A stretch of 64,000 nt of DNA from Chitinophagales bacterium (lineage in GTDB: Bacteria; Bacteroidota; Bacteroidia; Chitinophagales; CAIOSU01): assembly GCA_026003335.1 (NCBI GenBank), contig BPHB01000001.1, forward strand, positions 640,591 through 704,590, given 5' to 3'. This document shows positions 1-10,401 of the stretch, one piece after another. Below the pieces are notes generated by a model. It worked only from the letters and a program-made list of their open reading frames with translations. It was not told the origin of the DNA and did no database searches. Positions within the stretch are counted from its first letter, which is position 1. Every line of letters starts with the position of its first letter. The position numbers and the translations under genes are program-made.

Positions 1-452
1 AATAGACGTATCTGCCTGCGTTTCAGGGCCCCTTCATATAGCTGCCGCTCCTCATCGGTTTCCGGTTCAATGGGTGGTACAGGCCGGGGGCGCCCGTTGC
101 TGTCCAGTGCTACGAAAGTATAAAAGGCTTCGTTGCATTTATACTTCGTCTGGGATGGCAAATTCTCAGCCCATACATCAATGAAACACTCCATGGAGGT
201 TTTAAATACGCGCACCACCTTGGCCTTTATGGTAACCACATCACCCAGGCGGATGGGGTTCTGAAAGGAAACATTATCTACCGAAACCGTAACCACCGTA
301 GCGTTGGCATGCTTACCACAACTAATGGCGGAGGCTACGTCCATCCAATGCAAAATCTTACCGCCCCGCAGATTGCCCAACACATTGGTATCGTTGGGCA
401 ATACAATCTCGGTCATTATCGTTTCGGAATCTCTCGGATGTTTTACGTGCAT
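1..452 (-). CDS. acyl-CoA thioesterase (hotdog fold), 3' end cut by window edge
   Basis: Absent from the ORF track because it runs off the edge. My translation from the ATG at 450-452 (minus strand) gives MHVKHPRDSETIMTEIVLPNDTNVLGNLRGGKILHWMDVASAISCGKHA...VTVSVDNVSFQNPIRLGDVV, a typical YciA/Acot-type hotdog thioesterase. Confidence 0.75.
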   Translation of the reverse strand, partial: MHVKHPRDSETIMTEIVLPNDTNVLGNLRGGKILHWMDVASAISCGKHANATVVTVSVDNVSFQNPIRLGDVVTIKAKVVRVFKTSMECFIDVWAENLPSQTKYKCNEAFYTFVALDSNGRPRPVPPIEPETDEERQLYEGALKRRQIRL

Positions 453-523
453 AACTTTAAATTTGAAATGAAATTGGCGATGTAAATTTACCCGCAATTT
501 AAAAGGCAAATTCAGGTAGCACG

Positions 524-958
524 ATGAAAAAATTATTTACTGCTTTTTTATGCCTGCTGGTAGTAGCTGGTTGCCGTATTACTATTAATGATCTGCAGGG
601 ATTATGGACATTGCAATCTATTCGCCCACTGGCCTCCGGAGTCCAGAATCCGTGGACATCGCTGCTGGATACGATGGACGTAAGAATATACTTCTCGGAA
701 AACGGAGACTTAAAGATCTTTTTTGTGAAAGACGGTGACGTGACTTTCCGCTTAGGCTCCTTTATTCTTTTGGAAAAAGAAAAACAACTGGATATTCGCG
801 ATACGGGCATCATCTTTAATCCCCGCGGAGAATTACTGGATGTTATTTCCCTCAACAAAAAAGAATTGCAGTTGGAAGGCCGGTATTATGTGCATCCGAT
901 AGCACCTTCGGCTCCGGAAGATTCATTTCTGTTGGCTGCCTGGCAGCTGATCAGATAA
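524..958 (+). CDS. hypothetical lipoprotein
   Basis: The N-terminus MKKLFTAFLCLLVVAGC is a signal peptide with a lipobox cysteine. I recognise no catalytic motif. The opposite-strand ORF 499..858 is treated as a shadow. Confidence 0.6.
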   Translation: MKKLFTAFLCLLVVAGCRITINDLQGLWTLQSIRPLASGVQNPWTSLLDTMDVRIYFSENGDLKIFFVKDGDVTFRLGSFILLEKEKQLDIRDTGIIFNPRGELLDVISLNKKELQLEGRYYVHPIAPSAPEDSFLLAAWQLIR

Positions 959-966
959 AATGCGGT

Positions 967-1896
967 TTATTCTATCAGCCCGCGCCCGGTTTTTACAATT
1001 TCATTTCTGGCATAGAGGTCGCGCATGACGTTGTCCAGTATGCCATTAATAAAGTCCTTGCTGCGGGGTGTACTGTATATTTTAGCCAGGTCAATGTATT
1101 CATTAATGGATACCTTCACCGGAATCTCATTAAAGGAAATGAGCTCACAGACGGCCATTTTCATCAAAATCATATCTATACGGGCAATGCGGTCCGCATC
1201 CCAGTTTTTCAGACGCGGCTGAATAATATTTCGCAGGCGTTCTTCCTGTTGAAGCGTATAGGTAAGCAATTCTCTGGCAAACACTATCTCCGCATTATCG
1301 GAGGGTTGCTCGGCAGGCATACCCTGATGGGGCACACTTTCAAAAACCTGACTCACCGAATAGTTTATCCTGGCAAGTTCATTAAGACATTCCGGATAAT
1401 TATCTTCTACATACTCACGGTATGCACGCAGGTTGGGGAGTAGTTTTTCAAAAATGTATAGCACAATCGCACGTTCATCCTCCGGGGATGTGTTTTCCAG
1501 AGCACAGTAGTGGCGGTATTCTTTCTTGCCCAGAATGCTTTTAAGCAGGTCTTTTACCAACGCCTGCTCTTCTTCGGTTTGAGTAAGTTTGAGGATTTGG
1601 GCATTTAGATTTTTATCTTTCCTCAGGGACTCAATATACGGGTTAGCCGCCAGGCGGGCACTGAACTGGCGGTCTTTTTCTGTGGGTAAAAATTTAGACT
1701 CCTTGATAGCCCGCTCTTTCCGGATCAGATCTGCCAGCCTCACCAGCAAACCCAGGTTGAACAACCGAAGCTTGTAAGCTTTAGCGATGAAGGATTGCAG
1801 CATTTTCAGTCCGGTTGCTACATCCTCACATTGGTTCATTTCCATCGCATATAAAGCCAGCATCACTTTTACCCGTAGATTCCTCCTGCTGAACAT
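967..1896 (-). CDS. nusB: transcription antitermination factor NusB (long Bacteroidota form)
   Basis: The internal start MFSRRNLRVKVMLALYAMEM matches the NusB N-terminal signature. The C-terminus WDADRIARIDMILMKMAVCELI...INEYIDLAKIYSTPRSKDFINGILD is the NusB core. The ORF-track start at 1962 is probably an upstream extension. Confidence 0.8.
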   Translation of the reverse strand: MFSRRNLRVKVMLALYAMEMNQCEDVATGLKMLQSFIAKAYKLRLFNLGLLVRLADLIRKERAIKESKFLPTEKDRQFSARLAANPYIESLRKDKNLNAQILKLTQTEEEQALVKDLLKSILGKKEYRHYCALENTSPEDERAIVLYIFEKLLPNLRAYREYVEDNYPECLNELARINYSVSQVFESVPHQGMPAEQPSDNAEIVFARELLTYTLQQEERLRNIIQPRLKNWDADRIARIDMILMKMAVCELISFNEIPVKVSINEYIDLAKIYSTPRSKDFINGILDNVMRDLYARNEIVKTGRGLIE

Positions 1897-2035
1897 GTCT
1901 TGCTGATAAAGAACTTTGATGCGAATGTAATGCATTTTCGGCAATGCTGGCTGAAAGGACAAAGTGCTCCAGCATCTTTTTGGCTAAAATTGCAAAAGCA
2001 AAAACAGTATCCCTCCTAGCTGCCGATTTTTACTG

Positions 2036-3826
2036 ATGAAACACCTACGTTTTCTTAATAAATATTTCTACCGCTATCGTTACCGCTTTATATTGGGAAT
2101 TCTTTTTGTTTCGATATCCAATTATTTCGGTGTGTTGTCACCGCAGATTATCAGGCATTGTTTTGACCTGGTAGGAAGCACAATTTCACTCTACTATCTT
2201 TTTGAAGGCTTTGCCCTGCAGGCACAATTCTATGCGCTGTTCAGTTCAGCCCTGTTCTTTTTCGGCCTTGCCGTATTATTGGTCGCTGTGCTCAAAGGCA
2301 TTTTTATGTTCTTCATGCGACAGACAATTATCGTCATGTCGCGGTTGATTGAATATGACCTGAAAAATGACATGTATGCACATTATCAGCAACTCACACT
2401 GGCATTTTACAGGCGAAACAAGACAGGGGATTTGATGTCAAGAATTTCAGAAGATGTCTCTCGGGTGAGAATGTATCTCGGCCCGGCTGTCATGTACAGT
2501 GTTAACCTGGTTGTGCTGGTGATTATGGTAGTATCTGCAATGATTTCGGTAAATGCACGATTAACATTTTTTGTGCTGCTGCCGTTGCCGATTCTGGCTA
2601 TATCCATCTACTATGTAAACAATCTGATAGAGCATCTCAGCGAGCAGATTCAAAAACGCCTTTCCAAACTTACATCCCATGCACAGGAAGTGTATTCAGG
2701 TATTCGGGTAATTAAATCCTATGTGCAGGAACGCCAGATATTGAAATTTTTTGACCATGCCAGCGAACAATATAAAAAGGAAGCGCTCAAGCTGGCGCGG
2801 GTAGAAGCCTTTTTCTTTCCGCTTATGCTACTGCTTATCGGACTCAGTACGATAATCACCATCTGGGTGGGCGGTATAGGGGTTATGCGGGGTGATATTA
2901 CACCTGGCAATATTGCCGAGTTCGTCATTTATGTGAATATGCTTACCTGGCCGGTGACGGCTATAGGCTGGGTTGCTTCCATAGTACAACGTGCTGCGGG
3001 TGCGCAGAAACGTATCAATGAGTTTCTCCATACCCGTCCGGAACTGGTTTCCGGCACTGAGAAAAATATCCGCCTCAAAGGGCAGATTGATCTGGTCAAT
3101 GTAAGCTTCACCTATCCGGACACAGGCATACAAGCGCTGAAACACGTTTCTCTCTCCATCAGGCCGGGACAAAAACTGGCTGTAATAGGCCGCACGGGGT
3201 CAGGAAAAACCACGCTCGCTGACCTGCTGGTAAGAATGTATGATACCTCCGAAGGTGACATACTATACGATCAGCTACCCATCCGCCAGATTGATTTACA
3301 CACCCTGCGCAGCCAGATCGGTTATGTGCCGCAGGATGTCTTTCTGTTTTCCGATACTGTAGCCAACAACATCAGCTTCGGCTGCCACTCCTCAGACCGT
3401 CAGCGCATCATAGAGGCTGCTCAGAATGCGGCTATTCATAATGAAATCCTCAGCCTGCCCAACGGTTATGATACCATTGTAGGCGAACGGGGCGTTACGC
3501 TCTCGGGTGGGCAAAAACAACGCATATCTATAGCCCGGGCTTTAATCAAAGACCCCACTCTCCTTATTCTGGATGACTGCCTTTCGGCCGTGGATGCCGC
3601 AACAGAAAAAAATATTCTCTCCCGTATGAAAACTCTTTTGCAGGACAAAACAGCCATCATCATTACCCACCGCATATTTACTCTGCTTGATTTTGATCAA
3701 ATCATCGTTTTGCAGGACGGCTCCATTGTGGAACAAGGCACACATGATGAACTCATCGCCCTGCGGGGCTATTATTATGAACTTTTTGAAGCTCAGCAAA
3801 AAGAAAGTACCGTGCCTATACCCTGA
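2036..3826 (+). CDS. ABC transporter, fused permease/ATP-binding protein (MsbA/multidrug-exporter type)
   Basis: The N-terminal half has six predicted TM segments. It carries Walker A GRTGSGKTT, ABC signature LSGGQKQR and Walker B LLILDD. Confidence 0.9.
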   Translation: MKHLRFLNKYFYRYRYRFILGILFVSISNYFGVLSPQIIRHCFDLVGSTISLYYLFEGFALQAQFYALFSSALFFFGLAVLLVAVLKGIFMFFMRQTIIVMSRLIEYDLKNDMYAHYQQLTLAFYRRNKTGDLMSRISEDVSRVRMYLGPAVMYSVNLVVLVIMVVSAMISVNARLTFFVLLPLPILAISIYYVNNLIEHLSEQIQKRLSKLTSHAQEVYSGIRVIKSYVQERQILKFFDHASEQYKKEALKLARVEAFFFPLMLLLIGLSTIITIWVGGIGVMRGDITPGNIAEFVIYVNMLTWPVTAIGWVASIVQRAAGAQKRINEFLHTRPELVSGTEKNIRLKGQIDLVNVSFTYPDTGIQALKHVSLSIRPGQKLAVIGRTGSGKTTLADLLVRMYDTSEGDILYDQLPIRQIDLHTLRSQIGYVPQDVFLFSDTVANNISFGCHSSDRQRIIEAAQNAAIHNEILSLPNGYDTIVGERGVTLSGGQKQRISIARALIKDPTLLILDDCLSAVDAATEKNILSRMKTLLQDKTAIIITHRIFTLLDFDQIIVLQDGSIVEQGTHDELIALRGYYYELFEAQQKESTVPIP

Positions 3827-3987
3827 GCTGATTAAACCACTGTATTAACACTGTCCTGCCCCTGATTTAATCTACACTTTACCATGCACGCCTGTGTATA
3901 ACTACGTAGTCTCTCTTAATATTTTTTTGGTTACGTTTGGATGAAAGTTTACATTTGTGTAGTTTTTCGGGTAAAAACTCTTTAATC

Positions 3988-4437
3988 GTGGAGCAAGAAG
4001 ACAAAAACAGAAAGACACCAACGGTGTATTCCAAAACTATCCGGGCGGGCAGGAGAAGGACTTATTTCTTTGACGTAAGAACCACCCGGGGTAACGATTA
4101 CTACATTACCATCACAGAAAGCAAAAAACGCTTTCATGAAGACGGCTACGAACGCCACAAGGTCTTTCTGTATAAGGAAGACTTCAATAAGTTCATGGAA
4201 GCCATGAACGAGGTGATAAATCACGTTAAAACGGATCTGCTTCCGGAATACGATTTTGACGAGTTCAGCAAAAACTATGATGAAAGAAACTACGATGATA
4301 ACGACCTGAATGATTCTGCAGAGGCAGAAGAAGAAAAAGATACCGGTCCTGTGCAAAAACAACCCTCACCGCAGCAAACGCAAAAAGAAAGCGCATCTTC
4401 ATCTCCGCCTGTGGATGACGATGACTTGAAAATGTAA
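3988..4437 (+). CDS. DUF3276 / PUR-alpha-like nucleic-acid-binding protein with acidic tail
   Basis: YSKTIRAGRRRTYFFDVRTTRGNDYYITITESKKRF is the conserved Bacteroidota DUF3276 core. I prefer the GTG at 3988 (MEQEDKN...) over the TTG at 3937 used by the track. The C-terminus is an acidic, low-complexity tail. Confidence 0.7.
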   Translation: MEQEDKNRKTPTVYSKTIRAGRRRTYFFDVRTTRGNDYYITITESKKRFHEDGYERHKVFLYKEDFNKFMEAMNEVINHVKTDLLPEYDFDEFSKNYDERNYDDNDLNDSAEAEEEKDTGPVQKQPSPQQTQKESASSSPPVDDDDLKM

Positions 4438-4498
4438 GTAAGCTGCTGAATTACGTGGTCCCCTGATGCCCGAAAAACGTGCGTTCAATAACCTCACG

Positions 4499-5365
4499 TC
4501 ACCCTTGCTGCGGAACCATTAACTCCACCAGAAACTTTTCATCCAGCACGTGCAACTGCCTGGCCGCTGCCTTGGAAACTTTGATAATGACGTTTTGATA
4601 CTCATCATTATCGGGTAGCTTGCCTATAACCTTTACGTACAGCTCACGATTATTCATCAGATTTCGTATGCGCACAATGGTGCCTATCGGCAAATATTTA
4701 TGCAGGGCAAACAAGTTGGTGGTGTTTTCTTTTTCATCATTATCAATCCAGGTGGCTATTCCGCGCACTACTTCCGTTCCTCCTTTTGCTGCTTCTTCTT
4801 TGGCAAACTGCTTTTGCAATGACTCTTTCAACCTTCGTTCAGAAGGATTTTCCCCGGCCGTTACTTCGACAACAGGAGCGCTTTTGTACAGAGCAACCAC
4901 ATTCAGTTGCTGGGGAATCATCAGTTTCTGATTTACCCGAAGGGTATCACTGCTTAGGCCATTCTTTTCCTTTATCATTGCCGGAGTAACTCCGTTGTAG
5001 CTCCGTGAGATACTGAACAGTGTTTCTCCCGGCTTAACTACATGGGTAATATATCCCGTTTCAGAAATGACTTTTTCGTCTACATCCAACACTGAAGCCT
5101 TTTGTGCATACAGGGGGATGATTAGAATGTCACCTGAAAGCAGCGTGTATCCTCCGCTTCCGATGCGATTCACCGCTACCAGCTCCGCGAGCTCCACCTT
5201 GTAGAACTTACATATAGAGTAAAGGGTTTCCCCTGCCTTCACTTTATGAAGGGTATACTCTTTACCTTCCAGGGTTATTTTGGCGGGCAGGCTTGTCATA
5301 CCCATCTGTGCCCAAAGGACAACCGGCAGACAACAGATTACAAAAAACAGCAGATGTTTGAACAT
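4499..5365 (-). CDS. secreted LysM-domain protein with RlpA-like double-psi beta-barrel C-terminus
   Basis: Signal peptide MFKHLLFFVICCLPVVLWAQ. Two LysM-like segments (HKVKAGETLYSICKFY, HVVKPGETLFSISRSY). The C-terminus FALHKYLPIGTIVRIRNLMNNRELYVKVIGKLP...VSKAAARQL resembles the RlpA DPBB fold. Confidence 0.8.
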   Translation of the reverse strand: MFKHLLFFVICCLPVVLWAQMGMTSLPAKITLEGKEYTLHKVKAGETLYSICKFYKVELAELVAVNRIGSGGYTLLSGDILIIPLYAQKASVLDVDEKVISETGYITHVVKPGETLFSISRSYNGVTPAMIKEKNGLSSDTLRVNQKLMIPQQLNVVALYKSAPVVEVTAGENPSERRLKESLQKQFAKEEAAKGGTEVVRGIATWIDNDEKENTTNLFALHKYLPIGTIVRIRNLMNNRELYVKVIGKLPDNDEYQNVIIKVSKAAARQLHVLDEKFLVELMVPQQG

Positions 5366-5435
5366 ACCGTCAGGTTTGAATAGCTTTGAGATAAGCGTAT
5401 TTCAAAGTTATATACCTCCACACAGGCATCCGGTG

Positions 5436-6797
5436 ATGAAACGTCTCTTTTATACAATAGTTGTATTTCTTCCGTACAGTTTCCTGAACACTTCTTTTGC
5501 TCAGGACACGTCAGCCGCAGAAAGCGGGAAAGTACGGGTCTTTACCTTTGAGCTTCGGCAGGATATCATGCCCGCAGCATGGCGACTGGTTAAAAAAGCC
5601 ATGGAACAAGCCGACTCCGTGCAGGCTGATTATGTAATCATCACCCTGAACACCTACGGGGGAATGCTGAACATAGCTGATTCTATCCGCACACGCCTGT
5701 TGAAAGCCAAGCCGGTTACAGCAATACTCATAGATAACAACGCTGCCTCCGCGGGTGCGCTCATTGCCATTGCCTGCGACAGCATATACATGGTGGAGGG
5801 TGCCAGTATTGGCGCAGCTACCGTGGTAAACCAAACCGGTGAGCAGTTGCCTGATAAATACCAGTCCTACATGCGCAGCATGATGCGCGCTACGGCAGAA
5901 GCTCAGGGACGTGACCCCAAAATAGCAGAGGCCATGGTGGATGACCGTATTGCAATACCCGGCTTGATTGATTCCGGTTTCACGCTTACCTTTACTACAT
6001 CTGAAGCAATACAACATGGGTTCTGTGAAGGACAGGCTTCTTCTGTGGAGGAAGTTATCCGTAAGCTGGGAATACAGGATTATGAACTGATCAGATATAA
6101 AGGCTCAGCCATTGAACCTATTATTGCCTTTTTTCTGCATCCGGTAGTGAGCAGTGTTTTATTACTTATAATTCTGGGTGGCTTGTACTTTGAGTTGCAG
6201 ACTCCCGGTGTGGGTTTCCCACTGATAGCAGCCGTAATCGCTGCTATTCTGTATTTTGCCCCCCTTTATCTGGAAGGGCTGGCTGAAAACTGGGAAATAC
6301 TGCTATTTATTGCAGGTCTCGGGTTGCTGGCTGTAGAAATATTTCTCATCCCCGGTTTTGGAATAACCGGAATAGCCGGTATCCTGCTGATAGTAACCGG
6401 GCTCACCCTCTCCCTGCTCCATAATGTTTCTTTTGATTTTAGTCTTACCGGTTTGGATGATTTGGCTGCCGCCTTGTTCAGGGTGATTATCACACTTATG
6501 GTAGGAGTAATTTTATTCCTTCTTTTCGGAGAGAAGCTGCTGTTTAAAGGAGTACTTAGCCGGGTTGCGCTCATGGATTCCGAAAAACGGGAGGAAGGAT
6601 ACATCAGTCCGGCCACAGTGAAAGATCAGCTCATCGGAAAAACCGGCATTGCCATTACAGACCTACGCCCCTCCGGTATAGTGGAAATTGATGCCGAACG
6701 ATATGACGTGATTTCAGATGGCGAAATGATCCCCAGAAATTCCCCGATTAAGGTCATTAGGGTGCAAAGCAATTACCTTGTGGTGGAGAGAATATAA
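5436..6797 (+). CDS. NfeD family membrane-bound ClpP-class serine protease
   Basis: A start at ATG 5436 gives signal peptide MKRLFYTIVVFLPYSFLNTSFAQ. This is followed by a ClpP-like domain (NTYGGMLNIADSI, NNAASAGALIAIACD), several TM helices and a C-terminal NfeD OB-like domain. The track start at 5280 overlaps the upstream LysM gene and was rejected. Confidence 0.8.
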   Translation: MKRLFYTIVVFLPYSFLNTSFAQDTSAAESGKVRVFTFELRQDIMPAAWRLVKKAMEQADSVQADYVIITLNTYGGMLNIADSIRTRLLKAKPVTAILIDNNAASAGALIAIACDSIYMVEGASIGAATVVNQTGEQLPDKYQSYMRSMMRATAEAQGRDPKIAEAMVDDRIAIPGLIDSGFTLTFTTSEAIQHGFCEGQASSVEEVIRKLGIQDYELIRYKGSAIEPIIAFFLHPVVSSVLLLIILGGLYFELQTPGVGFPLIAAVIAAILYFAPLYLEGLAENWEILLFIAGLGLLAVEIFLIPGFGITGIAGILLIVTGLTLSLLHNVSFDFSLTGLDDLAAALFRVIITLMVGVILFLLFGEKLLFKGVLSRVALMDSEKREEGYISPATVKDQLIGKTGIAITDLRPSGIVEIDAERYDVISDGEMIPRNSPIKVIRVQSNYLVVERI

Positions 6798-6945
6798 GAT
6801 GCTTACATAAGCACGTAACACCGCTTATTCGTCAGCTTGCAGTGATTTTTTTCAACTCCATGAATCTGATTTGTAGTAAGCCCTGATTTATCGCTTACAA
6901 AATGATAAGCGAAGATTTTCCGTCTTAAAAAAATTCAAATTTAAG

Positions 6946-9414
6946 TCAGTATAACGCAGGATACTTTTGGGGATTATATTCATGCATGATAGCATATACT
7001 GCATCAAATACATCATCTGCACTGGGCTTACAGAAGTAATCCCCGTCTGAGCCGTATGCCGGCCTGTTGGCTGCTGCGGTGAGCGTTCGGGGTTCACTAT
7101 CCAGCCAGTAGTAGGCCTTTTGTACTTCCATTACCTGCTGCAACATAAAGGAAGTAGCCCCTCCCGGTACATCTTCATCCAGAAATAAAACCTTGTTGGT
7201 TTTTTTTATGGATTCTACAATTTTATGATACCTGTCAAAAGGGAGCAGAGTTTGCACATCTATCAGCTCACAGGATATGCCGGCATTTTCCAGCATGTAA
7301 AGTGCTTCCTGAGCCACCCTTACGCAGGAGCCGTAGGTAACCACAGTGACATCATCCCCTTCTTTAAGAACTTCAGGCACACCCAGCGGCACCGTAAAGT
7401 CAGCTATATTTCTGGGCAAAGTTTCTTTCAGGCGATAGCCATTGAGGCATTCAATAATCAGAGCAGGGTCATCGGAGCGCAGCATGGTGTTGTAAAACCC
7501 AGCAGCACGAGTCATATCGCGCGGCACGAGAATATACATTCCTCTCAGCGAGTGTAGCAACATACCCATGGGAGAACCGGCATGCCAGATACCTTCCAGA
7601 CGATGGCCGCGAGTACGCACGATAAGAGGGCACTTTTGATTGCCTGCCGAGCGATAGTGTAGTGTAGCTACGTCATCTGTCAATGGTTGCAGACCAAAGA
7701 TCAGATAATCCAGATACTGTATTTCGGCAATCGGCCTGAATCCACGCATGGCCAGGCCTATGCCCTGCCCGATGATGGTTGCCTCCCGAATGCCGGTATC
7801 AAAAACCCGGAGCTCACCATATTTTTTTTGAAGACCGGCAAACGCCTGGTTGACGTCTCCTATTTTTCCCACATCTTCTCCAAATGCTACCAGTTGGGGA
7901 TAACGTTCCAGATTTTTATCAAAGCAATGATTCAGGATTTCATATCCGTTGATGCGAGGCGCATCGTCATCATACTGCGGCTTTATCTCTTCCACGTGCA
8001 ATGCGCTGTATTTTGACTGGCTGTACAAATAAGTCCGATAGTAGCGATACCCTTCCCGCTCCAGCTCGTTCTTTTTTTCCACAAGACGCAAACGGGCGGG
8101 AGTGTACTCCTGGCGCGTAATACGTAAAGCCTGTTTTACTGACCGCATCACATCTCTGCGCAAAGGTGCTTTTATACTAAGCAGCTCTTCTTTCACCGAG
8201 AGCAACTGACTTGCTCTGGTTGATTCTGCAACCATATCATCCAGAATGTCTGCCACCGCATAAGCCTGCCGAAGAATAGGATCCAGAAAGCGTTTCCATG
8301 CCTCATTTCTGGATTCAATGACCGCCTGGCGTGTTTGCTCTTCCAATATATCCAGTTCATCGGAAGTGGCAATGGCATTTTCAATGATCCATTCGCGCAT
8401 TTTTTTAATGCAATCATACTCCCTTTCCCAGGCCAGACGCTCTTTTGACTTATATCGCTCGTGAGATCCGGAGGTAGAGTGTCCTTGTGGCTGGGTAAGT
8501 TCTGTAATATGAAACACTGCCGGGATATGTGTACTACGCACCTTGGCAATTCCTTTCTCGTAAACTTCACAGAGAGCCGGGTAGTCCCATCCTTTAACCA
8601 CATAGATGTCAATACCTTCCCCTTTTTCATTGGTCTGAAAGCCTTGCAGCACCTCAGAGATGCTGCCTTTGGTTGTCTGCAGCTCTCTTGGCACAGAAAT
8701 CCCATAGCCATCATCCCAGATGGAAATGGCTAGCGGCACTCTCATCACACCGGCTGCATTCAGCGCTTCCCAAAAGATGCCCTCCGAGGTGCTGGCATCA
8801 CCAATGGTACAGAACACTACCTCATCTCCATTGATGGAAAAGCGGTCATCTTTGAATTGTGTATTCAATCGGTAGAGCTTGGAAGCCAGGGCAAGACCCA
8901 GCGCCCGAGGCATCTGATGACCGGTGGACGAGCCATCGGCAGAGGAATTATAGCGTTCGGTGAGGCGTAACCATTCGCCTTTTTCATCTATAAATTTTGT
9001 TGCAAAATGGGCATTCATCTGGCGACCTGCCGAGTGCGGGTCTTCTTTTTTATCGGGATTGGCATATAGCTGTGCGAAATACTGTTCAACGGTAACTTCT
9101 CCGAGGGCAAACATGAGTGTCTGGTCACGGTAATAGCCTGCGCGGTAATCTCCTTTTCTGAAAGTTTTGGCTAGCGCAATCTGAGGTACCTCTTTTCCAT
9201 CTCCGAGAATACCAAACTTGGCTTTTCCGGTTAATACTTCTTTTCGGCTCAGCAAGCTCACCTCACGGCTTTTCACGGCAAGCTGATAGTCGTGGAGCAC
9301 CGTTTTGCGGAACTGCTGAAAGCTGAGCCTATCGCGGGTTTTTTGTTCTTTACCGGTTGTCATTTCGCCCTGTTTTAGTGTTCGGTTCCCGGCAGCAGGA
9401 ACAGAATTATTCAA
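6946..9414 (-). CDS. 2-oxoacid (branched-chain type) dehydrogenase E1 component, fused alpha/beta subunits
   Basis: TPP-binding motif GDASTSEGIFWEALNAAGVMRVPLAISIWDDGYGIS in the alpha half. The beta half is transketolase-like (FDTGIREATIIGQGIGLAMRG). An alternative start is possible at 9363 (MTTGKEQ). Confidence 0.85.
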   Translation of the reverse strand: MNNSVPAAGNRTLKQGEMTTGKEQKTRDRLSFQQFRKTVLHDYQLAVKSREVSLLSRKEVLTGKAKFGILGDGKEVPQIALAKTFRKGDYRAGYYRDQTLMFALGEVTVEQYFAQLYANPDKKEDPHSAGRQMNAHFATKFIDEKGEWLRLTERYNSSADGSSTGHQMPRALGLALASKLYRLNTQFKDDRFSINGDEVVFCTIGDASTSEGIFWEALNAAGVMRVPLAISIWDDGYGISVPRELQTTKGSISEVLQGFQTNEKGEGIDIYVVKGWDYPALCEVYEKGIAKVRSTHIPAVFHITELTQPQGHSTSGSHERYKSKERLAWEREYDCIKKMREWIIENAIATSDELDILEEQTRQAVIESRNEAWKRFLDPILRQAYAVADILDDMVAESTRASQLLSVKEELLSIKAPLRRDVMRSVKQALRITRQEYTPARLRLVEKKNELEREGYRYYRTYLYSQSKYSALHVEEIKPQYDDDAPRINGYEILNHCFDKNLERYPQLVAFGEDVGKIGDVNQAFAGLQKKYGELRVFDTGIREATIIGQGIGLAMRGFRPIAEIQYLDYLIFGLQPLTDDVATLHYRSAGNQKCPLIVRTRGHRLEGIWHAGSPMGMLLHSLRGMYILVPRDMTRAAGFYNTMLRSDDPALIIECLNGYRLKETLPRNIADFTVPLGVPEVLKEGDDVTVVTYGSCVRVAQEALYMLENAGISCELIDVQTLLPFDRYHKIVESIKKTNKVLFLDEDVPGGATSFMLQQVMEVQKAYYWLDSEPRTLTAAANRPAYGSDGDYFCKPSADDVFDAVYAIMHEYNPQKYPALY

Positions 9415-9829
9415 TCACCATTTTTTTCAGCCTATACTGGCCGGGCCCAATGAAAAACAAACTAAAAAAAACTATCCCCAACTCTATAGCATGAGAAGCG
9501 CCAGTAAAAATTCCGTCACCCTGGTCAATGTGTTTGAGTGCAGCAATTACCATGGTAAAACACATTACCAGGCAGGCTGGCCTGAAAAGAATACCCAGAA
9601 TGAGCAGCAGGCCTCCTCCTGCTTCAGCCAGGCCGGCCATAAAGCCCCACATCACCGGCATGAAATCCACTCCGATAAGTGACATTGCCTTGCCAAGCTT
9701 TTCCCACTTTTCAGGACCGGCTATCAATTTAGGATAGCCGTGCATGATGAACATGAAGCCGATACCCAGTCGCAATACCAAAAGGCCAAAGTTTTTCTGT
9801 CCCTCACTGAAATTGCTTAGAAAACCCAT
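9407..9829 (-). CDS. DoxX family membrane protein
   Basis: Four TM helices. GLLVLRLGIGFMFIMHGYPKL is the DoxX signature. It overlaps the downstream E1 gene by 8 nt if the 9414 start is used. Confidence 0.75.
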   Translation of the reverse strand: MGFLSNFSEGQKNFGLLVLRLGIGFMFIMHGYPKLIAGPEKWEKLGKAMSLIGVDFMPVMWGFMAGLAEAGGGLLLILGILFRPACLVMCFTMVIAALKHIDQGDGIFTGASHAIELGIVFFSLFFIGPGQYRLKKMVIE

Positions 9830-9891
9830 AGGTTTGTTTTTCGGATAAAGTTAATCATCTCTCCGGGAGCATAAAGCACGAAGCATTTCAC

Positions 9892-10386
9892 ATGCGAAAA
9901 CTTTTTATCATCCGCCACGCCAAATCCAGTTGGGACCATCCGGAACTCAGTGATAGGCTGCGCCCTCTTAAAAAAAGGGGCGTAAAAGATGCTGAACTTA
10001 TGGGACATCTGCTCAGAAAAGCTTCGGTATACCCGGATGCAGTTTTATCCAGCCCTGCTGTAAGAGCTCTTGCCACAGCCGAAATTATCTGCCGCCATAC
10101 AAAATTTGCATTTCACAAAGTGCAGGTGATTGATGACCTTTACTTTAAAGGCATGGAGGCCATCATGCAGGCTGTGCACAAGTTGAATCCCGCCCTGCAA
10201 ACGGTTTTTGTATTTGGCCACAATCCCGACCTGACGGAGTTGGTCAACTGTTTTTCAGATACTCCTATAAACAACTTACCCACCTGTGGCATTGTAGGCA
10301 TAGATTTTAATATCATAAGGTGGGAAGAAGCAGACTTCAGCAACGGAAGAATCGTGTATTATGAGTATCCTGCGAAACACCGCTGA
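9892..10386 (+). CDS. histidine phosphatase family protein (SixA-like)
   Basis: The N-terminus LFIIRHAKS carries the RH(G/A) catalytic motif, and the second His lies in VFGHNPDL. The size (164 aa) fits SixA. Confidence 0.75.
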   Translation: MRKLFIIRHAKSSWDHPELSDRLRPLKKRGVKDAELMGHLLRKASVYPDAVLSSPAVRALATAEIICRHTKFAFHKVQVIDDLYFKGMEAIMQAVHKLNPALQTVFVFGHNPDLTELVNCFSDTPINNLPTCGIVGIDFNIIRWEEADFSNGRIVYYEYPAKHR

Positions 10387-10401
10387 CAAAAACACGCATG
10401 A

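Noticed and set aside
5280-5435. Upstream extension of the nfeD ORF.
   Set aside because: It overlaps the LysM gene on the other strand. The ATG at 5436 gives a proper signal peptide.
6892-6913. Hairpin cgctta-caaaatga-taagcg between nfeD and the E1 gene.
   Set aside because: The stem is only 6 bp and no convincing T-run follows on either strand, which is not enough to call a terminator.
8193-8714. 173-aa same-strand, out-of-frame ORF inside the E1 gene.
   Set aside because: The 822-aa frame has the TPP and transketolase motifs across this region. The alternative frame has none.
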